A stretch of 64,000 nucleotides of DNA from an uncultured Actinomycetes bacterium (GTDB lineage Bacteria > Actinomycetota > UBA4738 > HRBIN12). Location: assembly GCA_963835415.1 (NCBI GenBank), contig CAWIFZ010000015.1, positions 67,582-131,581 on the forward strand, in the 5' to 3' direction. The translations under genes and the position numbers were made by a program. Below the pieces are notes generated by a model. It did not search any database and was not told where the DNA came from. It was given only the letters and a program-made list of their open reading frames with translations. Shown here one piece after another: positions 1 through 9,427 of this stretch (the first letter of the stretch is position 1; every line of letters begins with the position of its first letter).

Positions 1-62
1 CGACGAGTGGCGACCCCATCGGATCCGTCGCCCGGACGTTGATCGCGGCGATGCCGGTCTGA
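1..62 (+). CDS. 3' end of an upstream gene, product unknown (partial)
   Basis: Frame 3 is open from the window edge to TGA at 60-62 with G/C-rich third positions. Too short to classify. Confidence 0.3.
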   Translation, partial: TSGDPIGSVARTLIAAMPV

Positions 63-170
63 CGGGGATCCACGCGTTCGGTCTGCTTGCCCGTCCGTTG
101 GCCCGCGCATCTCGTACACTCACGGTGACAGAGTTTGCAAGGCTTACACCGTGGAAAAGGGGTAAATGCC

Positions 171-497
171 GTGACCTACACCATCGCAGAGCCCTGCATC
201 GATGTGCTGGACCGTGCCTGCGTCGACGAATGTCCGGTCGATTGCATCTACGAGGGTCCGCGCATGCTCTACATCCAACCCGACGAGTGCGTCGACTGCG
301 GCGCCTGTGAGCCGGCGTGCCCCGTGACCGCGATCTTCTACGAGGACGATGTCCCGGCGGAGTGGAAGCAGTTCACCCCCATCAACGCGGAGTTCTTCGA
401 CGCGAACGTCAGCGGCCTCGGATCGCCGGGGGGAGCCGCGCAGGTTGGTCCCTCGGCCGTCGACCACCCGGTCGTCGCCGGCTGGGCCGCGGTCTGA
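171..497 (+). CDS. fdxA: 7Fe ferredoxin (3Fe-4S + 4Fe-4S), FdxA type
   Basis: GTG at 171 gives (M)TYTIAEPCIDVLDRACVDECPVDCIYEG ... CVDCGACEPACP, the classic FdxA N-terminus with two Cys clusters. Purine-rich GAAAAGGGG lies ~9 nt upstream. Confidence 0.9.
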   Translation: MTYTIAEPCIDVLDRACVDECPVDCIYEGPRMLYIQPDECVDCGACEPACPVTAIFYEDDVPAEWKQFTPINAEFFDANVSGLGSPGGAAQVGPSAVDHPVVAGWAAV

Positions 498-522
498 ACA
501 GAACGTTCCGCCCTGGGTGAGA

Positions 523-1653
523 TCAGGCGGGGTCGGGAAGCAGCCCCGGCGCGGGAAGGGCCGTCGGAGCGTCGGTGGGGCTGGGCCAGCGCTGTCGCGA
601 CTTGGCGGCCAGCTTGAACATGAGCTCGACCGCTTTCGGGTCCTCCGATGCGGGCCGCGCCTCGATCACGCCGTCGGCGAGGGCGCGGTTCCACAGGTCG
701 AGGCCCGTGTCGGTGCGCACGATCGTGAGGGTCCATCCCTCCGACTGCCCCAGGCCGCCGAACGAGATGTCGGCGTGCTCGGCCGCGAAGTCGGGGCAGT
801 GCAGGCACCCCGGCCTCGTGAACTCGTGTGCTTCCTTCAGTGAGTACGTATGCTCCGCGCCGTCGTCCGTGTAGAACAGGAGCTTCCCCTTCACGTTGAC
901 CCGCGCGAGATGGTCGAGATCGAGCCCCAACCGGTTCTGCGCGATCTCCACCATCAGTCCGTCGTACGTGAACGTCTTGGAACACAGCAGGCCGAACGTC
1001 CATGCGATCTTCCGGCGCCACTTGTTGACGCGGCGGGCCTGGAGCGATCCTGTGACCGAGGACTGGCAGCTCATCCCCACCAGCGCCACCTTCGAGAGGC
1101 CGAGCTCGGCCGCTTTGATCAGCGCGAGCGGGTTCGCCGAGTACGTGTATCGCGAACCGGCGGTGTCCAAGACGCCCTGCGCGTCGGTGACGACCGCCGG
1201 CTCCGCGTCCCACGAGCGATCATCGGAGAGCTTCGAGGTACAGGCACCGTCGATCTCGCCGTTGGCCAATCCCCATATCAGCAGCGCCGATACGACCCCT
1301 CCGTCCTGTCCCTGCGCCAGCGATGGCGCATCCGACGCGCGCGCGAGCCAGATGTCCTTGTAGTGACCGATCACGTCCTCGGGCTTGCGGGTCATGCCGA
1401 AGAGCGTCATGTCGACCTCGCCCTCCCAGTCTCGGAACCGTGGGCAGGCCCTGGTGCAGATGTCGCATCCGCGCTCGCCGTGGGCGCACTGGTCGACGCC
1501 TTCATCCTGGAGCTGGACCGGCACGTCGTCCTCGTAGCCCAACACGTGGAACGGACAGGCCACGATGCACGCGGTGCAGCCGGTGCAGATCCCCGTCATG
1601 ACCACCTCGTGATAGAGGTCGTGCCACTGGGTCTTGTCGGCGGTCGACGGCAT
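523..1653 (-). CDS. Coenzyme F420 hydrogenase/dehydrogenase beta-subunit family protein (FrhB/FdhB-like)
   Basis: N-terminal ferredoxin-type motifs [12 protein letters not shown] and CDICTRACP are followed by an FrhB-like body ([25 protein letters not shown]). Confidence 0.8.
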   Translation of the reverse strand: MPSTADKTQWHDLYHEVVMTGICTGCTACIVACPFHVLGYEDDVPVQLQDEGVDQCAHGERGCDICTRACPRFRDWEGEVDMTLFGMTRKPEDVIGHYKDIWLARASDAPSLAQGQDGGVVSALLIWGLANGEIDGACTSKLSDDRSWDAEPAVVTDAQGVLDTAGSRYTYSANPLALIKAAELGLSKVALVGMSCQSSVTGSLQARRVNKWRRKIAWTFGLLCSKTFTYDGLMVEIAQNRLGLDLDHLARVNVKGKLLFYTDDGAEHTYSLKEAHEFTRPGCLHCPDFAAEHADISFGGLGQSEGWTLTIVRTDTGLDLWNRALADGVIEARPASEDPKAVELMFKLAAKSRQRWPSPTDAPTALPAPGLLPDPA

Positions 1654-1743
1654 GTCAGCCGGAGTATAGGCACCCGCTCAGTGCGGCAAGCCGTTCGCGT
1701 CGTCCGCGCGTAGTACCCCCGATATCGGACCTGGGAGGGGTGG

Positions 1744-2106
1744 ATGAAGGCGAAACGGCTCTACGTGATGCTCGCCGCCGTGACCGCGTTGACGCTTGCC
1801 GGCGCGGCGTGCAGCAGCGATGACGGCGGCGGAAGCAGCGACGCTGGCGGCGCCGCGGACATGACCGTCACGGTGAAGGACTTCGAGTTCGACCCGTCGA
1901 CGATCGATGTCTCATCGGGGGAGACCACGATCGAGATCACGAACACCGGTGCGGTCGAACACAGCTTCACGCTCGACGACGACAGCGTGAGTCAGGACAT
2001 CGAACCGGGCGAGAGCCAGACGGTCACGGTGAACCTGACGGCGACCGCGGGGTTCCACTGCAAGTACCACCCGGACCAGATGACGGGAACGTTGCAGGTG
2101 TCGTAG
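1744..2106 (+). CDS. Cupredoxin-domain lipoprotein (type-1 blue copper protein-like)
   Basis: Signal peptide with lipobox LAGAAC. Cu ligand pattern: His in AVEHSF plus C-x2-H-x3-M in HCKYHPDQM. GGGAGGGG RBS upstream. Confidence 0.8.
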   Translation: MKAKRLYVMLAAVTALTLAGAACSSDDGGGSSDAGGAADMTVTVKDFEFDPSTIDVSSGETTIEITNTGAVEHSFTLDDDSVSQDIEPGESQTVTVNLTATAGFHCKYHPDQMTGTLQVS

Positions 2107-2126
2107 CGGGGAAGCGACCGGGCACC

Positions 2127-2474
2127 CTAGATGGCGAAGGAATCTCCGCACGCGCATTCGTGCTTCGCCTGCGGGTTGCGCATCTTCAGCCCTCCGCCCA
2201 ACAGGGCGTCGTCGAAGTCGAGCGTGGAGCCCTGCACGATCGGCCGGCTCGCGGGATCGATCAGGACGCGGAAGCCGTCGGCGGCCAGGACCACGGCGTC
2301 GTCGGGCTCGGGCGCGTCCACGAACGAGAGCTCGTACGTGAACCCGGAGCACCCACCCGCCAGCACACGAACGCGGAGCGACGCGTCCGGTCGGCCCTCC
2401 TTCGCGGCCAGCTGACGCGCCTTGCGGGCCGCGCCGTCGGTGACGGCGATGGGGTCATCGGTCCTGGTGGCCAT
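2127..2474 (-). CDS. Iron-sulfur cluster insertion protein (HesB/IscA/ErpA family)
   Basis: GGCSGFTY motif and C-terminal CACGDSF signature; 115 aa. Confidence 0.9.
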   Translation of the reverse strand: MATRTDDPIAVTDGAARKARQLAAKEGRPDASLRVRVLAGGCSGFTYELSFVDAPEPDDAVVLAADGFRVLIDPASRPIVQGSTLDFDDALLGGGLKMRNPQAKHECACGDSFAI

Positions 2475-2477
2475 GGC

Positions 2478-3852
2478 TCAAGGATACGTCGGTTCCTGCG
2501 TGAGCGAGGTGAACGCCCCTTTCACAGACTCTGAGAGCGTGGGATACGCGTGGATCGCGGCACCGGCGTTCGACGCTGTGGCTCGCTCGGCCATCACGGC
2601 GACGATCTCGTGGATCATCGCGCCGGCCTCGTCACCCACGATGTGCCCGCCCAGCATCTCGCCCGTCCGGGCGTCCGCCACGAGCTTCACCAGGCCGTGT
2701 GCGCTGCCCTCGATGTGTGCGCGTTCGTTGTCCGCCATCGACGACACGGCGGTCCGGACCTCGTGGCCTTGATCGCGGGCCTCTCGCTCGGTCAGACCCA
2801 CGCTCGCTACCTCGGGGTCGCAGAACGTCACCTTCGGCACGACCCGATAGTCGCGCGGGCGCGGCCGCCCGAGGATGTCGTCCGCCACGATGTCGGCCTC
2901 GTAGCCGCCGACATGCGTGAACAGCAGCTCGCCCGTGGCGTCTCCCGCCGCCCACACGTCTTCGCCCGATGTGCGGAGCGTCTCCGACAAGATCGGCCGG
3001 CCCCGGTCGTCGAGCTCGACGCCGGCGGCCTCGAGGTCGTGCCCGTCGAACACCGGCCGGCGACCGGTCGCCACCAGGAGCTCATCGACGGTCACGACCT
3101 CGTTCCCCGCGAGCTTGACTTGCCATCCGTCGGCTGCGTGGCGCGCACCGTCGATCGTCACCCCCGCACGGAGCGAGATCCCTTCGTCCTCCAGCGCCGG
3201 AGCGAGCGCCGCCGCCGCCTCCTCGTCCTCGGCGGGGAGGATGTGGGGGAGGGCCTCGAGGATCGTGACCTGCGTCCCGAACCGTGAGTAGATCTGCGCG
3301 AACTCGACGCCGATCGCTCCCGCTCCGATGACCGCGAGGGATCGGGGAGGCTCCGTCGGCTTCCAGATCGCCTCCTTGTTCGTCCAGAACGGCCCGTGCT
3401 CGCAGCCCCTCGATCGGCGGGATCGTGGCCTCGGTGCCGGTGGTGAGCACGACGCGGTCGGCCTCGACCTGCGTCCCGTCCGCCAGCTCGATCCGGTGCG
3501 GGCCGGTGAGGACGGCCTCCTGCATGAAGACGCGGATGCCGGCTCGTTCGAACGGCGCGGCGCCCTCGCCGGACTGGGCGTCGATGACGTCGCGCGCTCG
3601 TTGCTGAACGCCCGGGAGATCCACCCTCACCGAGGGGATCCGCACGCCGAAGCGACCGGCGTCCCGGGCGAGCGCCGCGATCTTCGCGCTGCGCAGCATC
3701 ACCTTGGTCGGCACGCACCCGTAGAAGTTGCACTCGCCGCCGAGCCGGTCGCGTTCGGCGATGGCGACGCGCATACCCTCTCCGCCCAGACGGAACGCCA
3801 CCTCGGAGCCGGTTCCCCCGCCACCGATCACGAAGACGTCGAACCGGTCCAC
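2478..3852 (-). pseudogene. Class I pyridine nucleotide-disulfide oxidoreductase (dihydrolipoyl dehydrogenase / mercuric reductase family), frameshifted
   Basis: The FAD fold VFVIGGGGTGSE and redox-active GGECNFYGCVPTK lie in the frame starting at 3852. The NAD fold AVIGAGAIGVEFAQ and dimerisation domain (HAYPTLSE) lie in the frame ending at 2478. The frames join only if one base near 3402 is removed (coding strand GGGCTG-C-GAGCAC). Confidence 0.85.
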
Positions 3853-3855
3853 CAG

Positions 3856-5052
3856 CTACCTCGCCCGCGCGCCCAGGAACCCCACGAAGATCCGGGCGTA
3901 GATCCGGGCGGCCGCGACCAGGTCGTCGACGAGCACCCACTCGTTGGCGGTGTGCGCCACCGTCAGCGATCCCGGACCCATGATGATGGTGGGGATGTGG
4001 ACGTCGTTGATGTAGAAGCGCGCGTCGGTGATCCCGGTGAAACCGACGTCGGCCGCGACCGTGCCGCGATCGGCGACGATCGCCCGGCGTGCCGCATCCG
4101 CGATCGCCGTGTCGGGCGCGGCCTCCGCCGCCTCGGTCCATGCGTCGAGGGCGAACGTCAGGTCGACGTCGGGATGCTCGCGCCGGATGTCCGCGGCGAG
4201 ACGATCGAACGGCGCGAGCACCGCCGCCGGGTCCGTCTCGCCGGGGATGATCCGCCGGTCGATGAGGAGCTCGCATCGATCGGGGACGACGTTGGGCGCG
4301 CTGCCTCCCGTGATGACCGCGGCGTTCACGCTGGGACGGCCGACGAGCGGGTGCTCGCGGTCGGGAAGCACCTCCGCGAGGCGCAACAGGAATCGGGACA
4401 TCGACGTGATCGCGTTGACCCCGAGCTCGGGCGTGGAGCCGTGGGCGCCGGCGCCCTTCGCGGTGGCGACGATCCACGCGCCCCCGCGCTCGGCCAGCCC
4501 TACACGCAGATCGCTCGGCTCGCCGACGATGCACGCGTCCTGGACGAGCAGGCCGCGGTCGAGCAGGACCTTGGTGCCGTACAAGCCCATGTGCTCCTCG
4601 TCCGCCGCCAGGTGGAACGTCAGGGTGCCCGCCAGATCGATGCCGGCTCGACCGATCGCGGCGGCCGCGGCGAGCGCCGACGCGACCGGACCTTTCATGT
4701 CGGCGGAGCCGCGGCCGATCAACCTGCCGTCCTCGACGACGCCCTCCCAGGGATCGTGACGCCAGTTCGCGAGGTCTCCGACGGGCACGACGTCGAGGTG
4801 GCCGTTCCACGCGAGGGACGGCCGATCTCCCGAGCCGATCGACGCGACGACGCTCGGCCGCTGCTCCTCGCCTCGGATCGTCTCCGGCGATGCGCCGATC
4901 GCGGTGAGGATGCCGGTGGCCACTTCCGCCGCGGCGTCCTCGGTCCCACCGGGGTTCTCGCTGGGTGCCGCGATCAAGGCGCGTGCGAACGCCAGGACCT
5001 CGTCCGCGTCGACCGCCGACGCGGCTGCCTCCGCGATGTCCTCATCTACCAT
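3856..5052 (-). CDS. M20 family metallopeptidase (ArgE/DapE-like deacylase)
   Basis: HLDVVP, GRGSADMKG and EE metal-ligand motifs. Start chosen at ATG 5052 (MVDEDIAEAA...), since the upstream extension is Arg/Pro-rich. Confidence 0.85.
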   Translation of the reverse strand: MVDEDIAEAAASAVDADEVLAFARALIAAPSENPGGTEDAAAEVATGILTAIGASPETIRGEEQRPSVVASIGSGDRPSLAWNGHLDVVPVGDLANWRHDPWEGVVEDGRLIGRGSADMKGPVASALAAAAAIGRAGIDLAGTLTFHLAADEEHMGLYGTKVLLDRGLLVQDACIVGEPSDLRVGLAERGGAWIVATAKGAGAHGSTPELGVNAITSMSRFLLRLAEVLPDREHPLVGRPSVNAAVITGGSAPNVVPDRCELLIDRRIIPGETDPAAVLAPFDRLAADIRREHPDVDLTFALDAWTEAAEAAPDTAIADAARRAIVADRGTVAADVGFTGITDARFYINDVHIPTIIMGPGSLTVAHTANEWVLVDDLVAAARIYARIFVGFLGARAR

Positions 5053-5060
5053 GGCGATCG

Positions 5061-5648
5061 ATGGTACCCGTGACCCCGTTGCGAACGGCACTGCGTGATT
5101 CGCTCGAGCAGGCTCCATCGCCGTCGCCCGACCCGGGCGATCGCCTGGCGGCCGTCCTCGCGCCGTTCGTCGAGGCACCCGAGCCCGCGCTCGTCTTCAC
5201 CGTCCGATCGAGCGGGATGTCACGCCACGCCGGTGAGATCTCGTTCCCCGGGGGGTTGCAGGATCCGGGGGAGACGCTCGGTCAGACGGCGCTCCGCGAG
5301 GCGTTCGAGGAGCTCGGCTTGGACGCGGCGACGACGGAGCTGGTCGGCGCGCTGCCGCCGGTCCACACCACCGTGAGCGGGATCCTGGTCGTCCCGTTCG
5401 TGGGCATGCTGGAGTCGCTGCCGGCGTTCGTGGTGAGTGAGCAGGAGATCGAGGAGGTGCTCACGTTCACGGTGGCGCGCCTGGCGGCGGTGGAGCGGCC
5501 GGTCGAGGTGGCGCGGGAGCCGGGCCGGGTCTGGCATGGTTTCGCGTATGAGCTCGACGGCTACATGATCTGGGGCGCGACCGGCTGGATGCTTCACTCG
5601 CTGCTCGAGATCGTTCGGAAGGAGGCGTCATGGCTGATCCCGGCATGA
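5061..5648 (+). CDS. NUDIX hydrolase, CoA pyrophosphatase-like
   Basis: ISFPGGLQDPGETLGQTALREAFEELG Nudix box with the preceding motif typical of NudL-type CoA pyrophosphatases. Confidence 0.8.
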   Translation: MVPVTPLRTALRDSLEQAPSPSPDPGDRLAAVLAPFVEAPEPALVFTVRSSGMSRHAGEISFPGGLQDPGETLGQTALREAFEELGLDAATTELVGALPPVHTTVSGILVVPFVGMLESLPAFVVSEQEIEEVLTFTVARLAAVERPVEVAREPGRVWHGFAYELDGYMIWGATGWMLHSLLEIVRKEASWLIPA

Positions 5649-6079
5649 ACGGAGAGGTGGCGCCCGAGGACCGCGAGCTGCGTGCCCTCCTCGGCGACGC
5701 GCACACGATCGCGGTGGTGGGGTTGTCCTCCAAACCCGACCGCCCGTCGTTCGGCGTCGCCGCCTACCTCCAAGAGCACGGCTACCGGATCGTGCCGGTG
5801 AACCCGAAGGAGACAGAGGTCCTGGGCGAGCCGGCGTACCCCGCGCTCGGCGACATCCCGGCAGACCTCCCCGTGGATGTGGTCGACGTGTTCCGTCGCG
5901 CCGAGGAAACACCTGACATCGCACGGGACGCCGTCGCGATCGGCGCCCGCGTGTTGTGGCTGCAGGCGGGGATCGTGAACGACGAGGCGTACCGGATCGC
6001 GACCGACGCGGGCCTGGAGGTCATCATGGGGGTCTGCATCCGATCCACGATCAGACGGCTGGACGCGACGGAAGGATGA
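5630..6079 (+). CDS. CoA-binding domain protein (YccU/YneT-like)
   Basis: IAVVGLSSKPDRPSFGVAAYLQEHGYRIVPVNPK. Strong RBS GGAAGGAGG at 5618-5626. The start overlaps the end of the NUDIX gene. Confidence 0.85.
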   Translation: MADPGMNGEVAPEDRELRALLGDAHTIAVVGLSSKPDRPSFGVAAYLQEHGYRIVPVNPKETEVLGEPAYPALGDIPADLPVDVVDVFRRAEETPDIARDAVAIGARVLWLQAGIVNDEAYRIATDAGLEVIMGVCIRSTIRRLDATEG

Positions 6080-6249
6080 CCGACATGCAGACGTGGGAAT
6101 ACTTCGTGGCTCCGCTGCTGGAGCACAACCCGGGAGAGATCCTGAACACGTTCGGAGGTGATGGCTGGGAGCTGGTGTCGGTCGCGCAGATCGAGAATCC
6201 GATGGGCGGGAAGAGCCTGGTCGCCTACATGAAACGGCCGAAGGCCTAG
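6076..6249 (+). CDS. DUF4177-like small protein
   Basis: 57 aa, WEYFVAPLLEH...GGDGWELVSV...YMKR pattern. ATGA overlap with the upstream stop at 6076-6079. Confidence 0.7.
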   Translation: MTDMQTWEYFVAPLLEHNPGEILNTFGGDGWELVSVAQIENPMGGKSLVAYMKRPKA

Positions 6250-7401
6250 CGGCCGCGGGTCTCGCGCCGCAGGCGCCACCCGGCGACGAACCGCATGATG
6301 AGTCCCGCGGCGAGCGCCAGGCCCGCCACGACGGCGATCGCCGTCTTCCACCGCGCCCGACGGATCGGCGGCGGGTGCGTTCGTCTGCGGCGTCGGCGAG
6401 CCCGTTCCCGAGAGTTTCCAGATGGCTTCGGAGGTGGCGACGTACAGGTCCCCGTCCGGGCCGACCTGGAGATCCGTGATCCCCGCGCCAGCGTCGCCCA
6501 CCACGTCGGCCCGCGCGTCCGATCCCGCGGGGAGCGACAGCCGGTACAGGGCACCCGTGCCATAGGCGCCGAAGTACAGATCGCCCTCCCAGACCGCGCA
6601 ACCGGTCGGCACGATCACGTCGGGGAAGTCGAGCACGGGATCGATGAACACCGGCTCGCCGCCCGGTCCGAGCTGGTCCGGCCAGCCGTAGTTGCCGGCC
6701 GGCTCGATCCGGTTGACCTCGTCGTCGCTGCCCGGCCCGTTCTCCGTCTCCCACAGGTCACCGGTCGAGGGATCGACGCACAGCCCGAACGAGTTGCGAT
6801 GTCCCATCGAGTACGCGGGGTTCTCCGAGCCGAACGGGCCGTCGGACGGCGTGCTCCCGTCGGGGTTGAGGCGCAGGATCTTCCCGCCCAGATCGTCCGG
6901 GTCCTGGGCGCGCTCCGCCTCATGCACCTCGCCGACGGCGACGTAGAGCTTGCCGTCGCCGCCGAAGACCAGGTCTCCGCCGTTGTGATAGCCGTGCTCG
7001 GTCGTGAGCGCGTCCAACAGCGGCTGGGGTGGGGCCGCGGCGTCGTCGGCGCGGATGCGCGCCAGCCGGTTCAGGTGCACGGCCGGATCCGAGTAGTAGA
7101 CGTAGATCCACGGCTGGGTCGCGAACGCGGGATCGAGCGCGAGCCCCAAGAGCCCCTGCTCGCTCGAGGACAGCACGTCGATGTGGGCGAGCGGCTCGTC
7201 GACGAGCTCGCCGTCACGGATCACGCGGATGTCTCCGGTGTCCTTCTCCGCGAAGAGGAGCCGGCCGTCGGGTGCGAAGGCCATGTTCGACGGGAACGAC
7301 AGGTCGGTCGCCACCGGTTGGAACGTGATCTCGGCGCTCGCGGTCGCGTGCGGCACGAACGCGATCCCCAGCACGAGCGCGAGCGCCGTTCGCCGAAGCA
7401 T
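6246..7401 (-). pseudogene. PQQ-dependent sugar (glucose/sorbosone) dehydrogenase with C-terminal TM anchor, frameshifted
   Basis: Signal peptide MLRRTALALVLGIAFVPHATASA. Propeller motifs GLLGLALDP, HNGGDLVFGGDGKLY, GHRNSFG, GNYGWP. After ~6366 the G/C third-position signal moves to the frame ending at 6246, which encodes WKTAIAVVAGLALAAGLIMRFVAGW. Confidence 0.75.
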
Positions 7402-7450
7402 CCATCGAGTGTGGCATGCACCACGTGAACGGTCGTGGCGCCGGGCGTCG

Positions 7451-8608
7451 CTAGCCGAGCGCGTGTGCGAGGTCGGCGATCAGGTCGTCCGGATGCTCGA
7501 TGCCGACCGACAGGCGCACCAGATCGCCGGGCGTCTCCAGCGGCGAGCCCGCCACGCTCGCGTGCGTCATGGGTCCAGGCACCTCGATCAGCGACTCGAC
7601 CCCGCCCAGGGACTCCGCCAGGAAGAAGATCTTCGTGCGGGTCACGAGCTCGAGCGCGGCTTCGTCCGATCCCACCTGGAACGACACCATGCCGCCGAAG
7701 TCCGACATCTGTCGCGCGGCGACCGTATGGCCCGGATGCGAGACGAGCCCCGGATAGTGCACCGCCGTGACCTTCGGATGCGACGCCAGGAACGCCGCCA
7801 CCCCGCGCGCGTTGTCGCAATGGGCCCGCATGCGGATGGCCAACGTCTTCAGTCCGCGGAGCGCCAGGAACGAGTCCATCGGTCCGGGGACCGCGCCCAA
7901 CGCGTTCGTGAGGAACCCGAGCCGCTCGACCCACTCCGGGTCACTCGTGACGATCGCCCCTCCGATCAGATCGGAGTGCCCGCCGAGGTATTTCGTCACG
8001 CTGTGGACGACGGCATCGACGCCGTGTTCGAGCGGACGCTGCAGCGCCGGCGTCGCGAACGTGTTGTCCGCCACGACGCGCGCTCCGGCCTCGTGCGCGA
8101 CGGCGGCGACCGCGGCGAGATCGACGATCTTCAACATCGGGTTCGACGGTGTCTCGACCCACACGAGCTTGGTGGTGGGACGGATCGCATCCCGGAGGGC
8201 CACGTCGTCGGCCAGATCGACGGTCGACGACGACAGTCCCCAATCCGACAGGACGTTCGCGAGCAGACGGTACGTCCCGCCGTACACGTCGTTCGCCAAG
8301 ATCACGTGATCGCCGGGCCGCAGCGTGAGCAGCAGCGTGGTCTCCGCCGCCATGCCGCTCGCGAACGCGAACGCGTGCGCCCCTCCTTCGAGCGCCGCGA
8401 GCGCCACCTGGAAGGCCTCGCGCGTCGGGTTCCCGCCGCGTCCGTAATCCCAGCGCTTCGGCCGGCCGACCTCGTCTTGCGCGTACGTCGCGGTCTGGTA
8501 GATCGGGACGTTCACCGATCCGTAGAGCGCTTCGGGTTCCTGACCGGCATGGATGGCGCGCGTCTCGAAGCGCGGGCCGTCTACCGCATCTCCGGAGGTA
8601 GCTTCCAT
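7451..8608 (-). CDS. Cystathionine gamma-lyase / gamma-synthase (Cys/Met-metabolism PLP enzyme)
   Basis: PLP-lysine motif SVTKYLGGHSD and a full-length family match by eye. Lies in an operon with CBS, which suggests the lyase role. Confidence 0.9.
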   Translation of the reverse strand: MEATSGDAVDGPRFETRAIHAGQEPEALYGSVNVPIYQTATYAQDEVGRPKRWDYGRGGNPTREAFQVALAALEGGAHAFAFASGMAAETTLLLTLRPGDHVILANDVYGGTYRLLANVLSDWGLSSSTVDLADDVALRDAIRPTTKLVWVETPSNPMLKIVDLAAVAAVAHEAGARVVADNTFATPALQRPLEHGVDAVVHSVTKYLGGHSDLIGGAIVTSDPEWVERLGFLTNALGAVPGPMDSFLALRGLKTLAIRMRAHCDNARGVAAFLASHPKVTAVHYPGLVSHPGHTVAARQMSDFGGMVSFQVGSDEAALELVTRTKIFFLAESLGGVESLIEVPGPMTHASVAGSPLETPGDLVRLSVGIEHPDDLIADLAHALG

Positions 8609-9420
8609 CCTCGCTCCTCGAGCTCGTCGATCGCTGCCCGGCCCTCGCGCGCCCTCCGCCAGAGCATCGCCTTACGCTTCGCGTCGTGCCCGGGGGCGAA
8701 CTCCCCGCGCACCAGGGCCTGGCAGTCCGGGTCGCCGCAGGCACAGTAATTGAACAGTGGGGCCACGGCGCTGGGCGCGTTCGCCGCCCGGCGGAACGGC
8801 GTGGCCGGCAGCGTGCTCACCGGCAGCATGATGACGCCCTCCGTCGGATCGCCCGGAGCGAACCGTCTGCCGTCGAGCGCCAGCAGTCCCGTGAGCGCGG
8901 CGAGCGCTGCGTCGATCCTGTCGATCGACGTCAGCTCATCGGTTCGTACCCCTTGCGCATGCAGGACGCCCTCGCGCCAGGCGCGCTTCGAGACGCCTTT
9001 CGGCGGCAGGCTGCCGGCCAGCACGACGGCCGTCGCGTGGGGGAAGACCTCCATGGCTCGACGCTTCGGCGATCCGCCGCCATAGGTCGGGAACCCGTGC
9101 TCGGCCGCGATCCGGAACACCCCGAACCCCACCTCCATCCACGCGAAGAACGCGTTGCCGCGCCCGTGGATCTCCGACGGGGTGTTGAACGACTGGATGT
9201 TGCAGGCGGCGAGCTCACGCTCGGTGCGGCGGGAACGTCCGGTGGCCGCCCAGCGAGGCGGGGAGTCGATCGCCACGACGTCGGGGCGGAACTCATCGAT
9301 CAGCGCGCCGACCTCCTCGGGACGGGTGTGCGACCGAACCGCGAGCGGCACCCGTCGCTCATCCATGAGGACGAGGTCCAACCCTTTCGCGACGCCGACG
9401 TCGATCCCGAGCGATCGCAC
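8581..9420 (-). CDS. DUF429-like (RNase H-fold) protein with Cys-rich C-terminal tail
   Basis: N-terminus MRSLGIDVGVAKGLDLVLMD and the overall length fit DUF429. The tail is NYCACGDPDCQALVRGEFAPGHDAKRK. High G/C third positions throughout. Confidence 0.6.
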   Translation of the reverse strand: MRSLGIDVGVAKGLDLVLMDERRVPLAVRSHTRPEEVGALIDEFRPDVVAIDSPPRWAATGRSRRTERELAACNIQSFNTPSEIHGRGNAFFAWMEVGFGVFRIAAEHGFPTYGGGSPKRRAMEVFPHATAVVLAGSLPPKGVSKRAWREGVLHAQGVRTDELTSIDRIDAALAALTGLLALDGRRFAPGDPTEGVIMLPVSTLPATPFRRAANAPSAVAPLFNYCACGDPDCQALVRGEFAPGHDAKRKAMLWRRAREGRAAIDELEERGWKLPPEMR

Positions 9421-9427
9421 GATCGGG

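Noticed and set aside
3158-4810. 550-aa minus-strand ORF.
   Set aside because: Extremely Arg/Gly/Pro-rich. It shares the strand, in a different frame, with the well-supported M20 peptidase and oxidoreductase genes. This is a typical high-GC shadow ORF.
5782-6245. Read-through of the PQQ dehydrogenase ORF to 5782.
   Set aside because: G/C third-position bias is lost. The stretch is antisense to the DUF4177 and CoA-binding genes. An alternative frame ending at 6246 encodes a plausible TM anchor.
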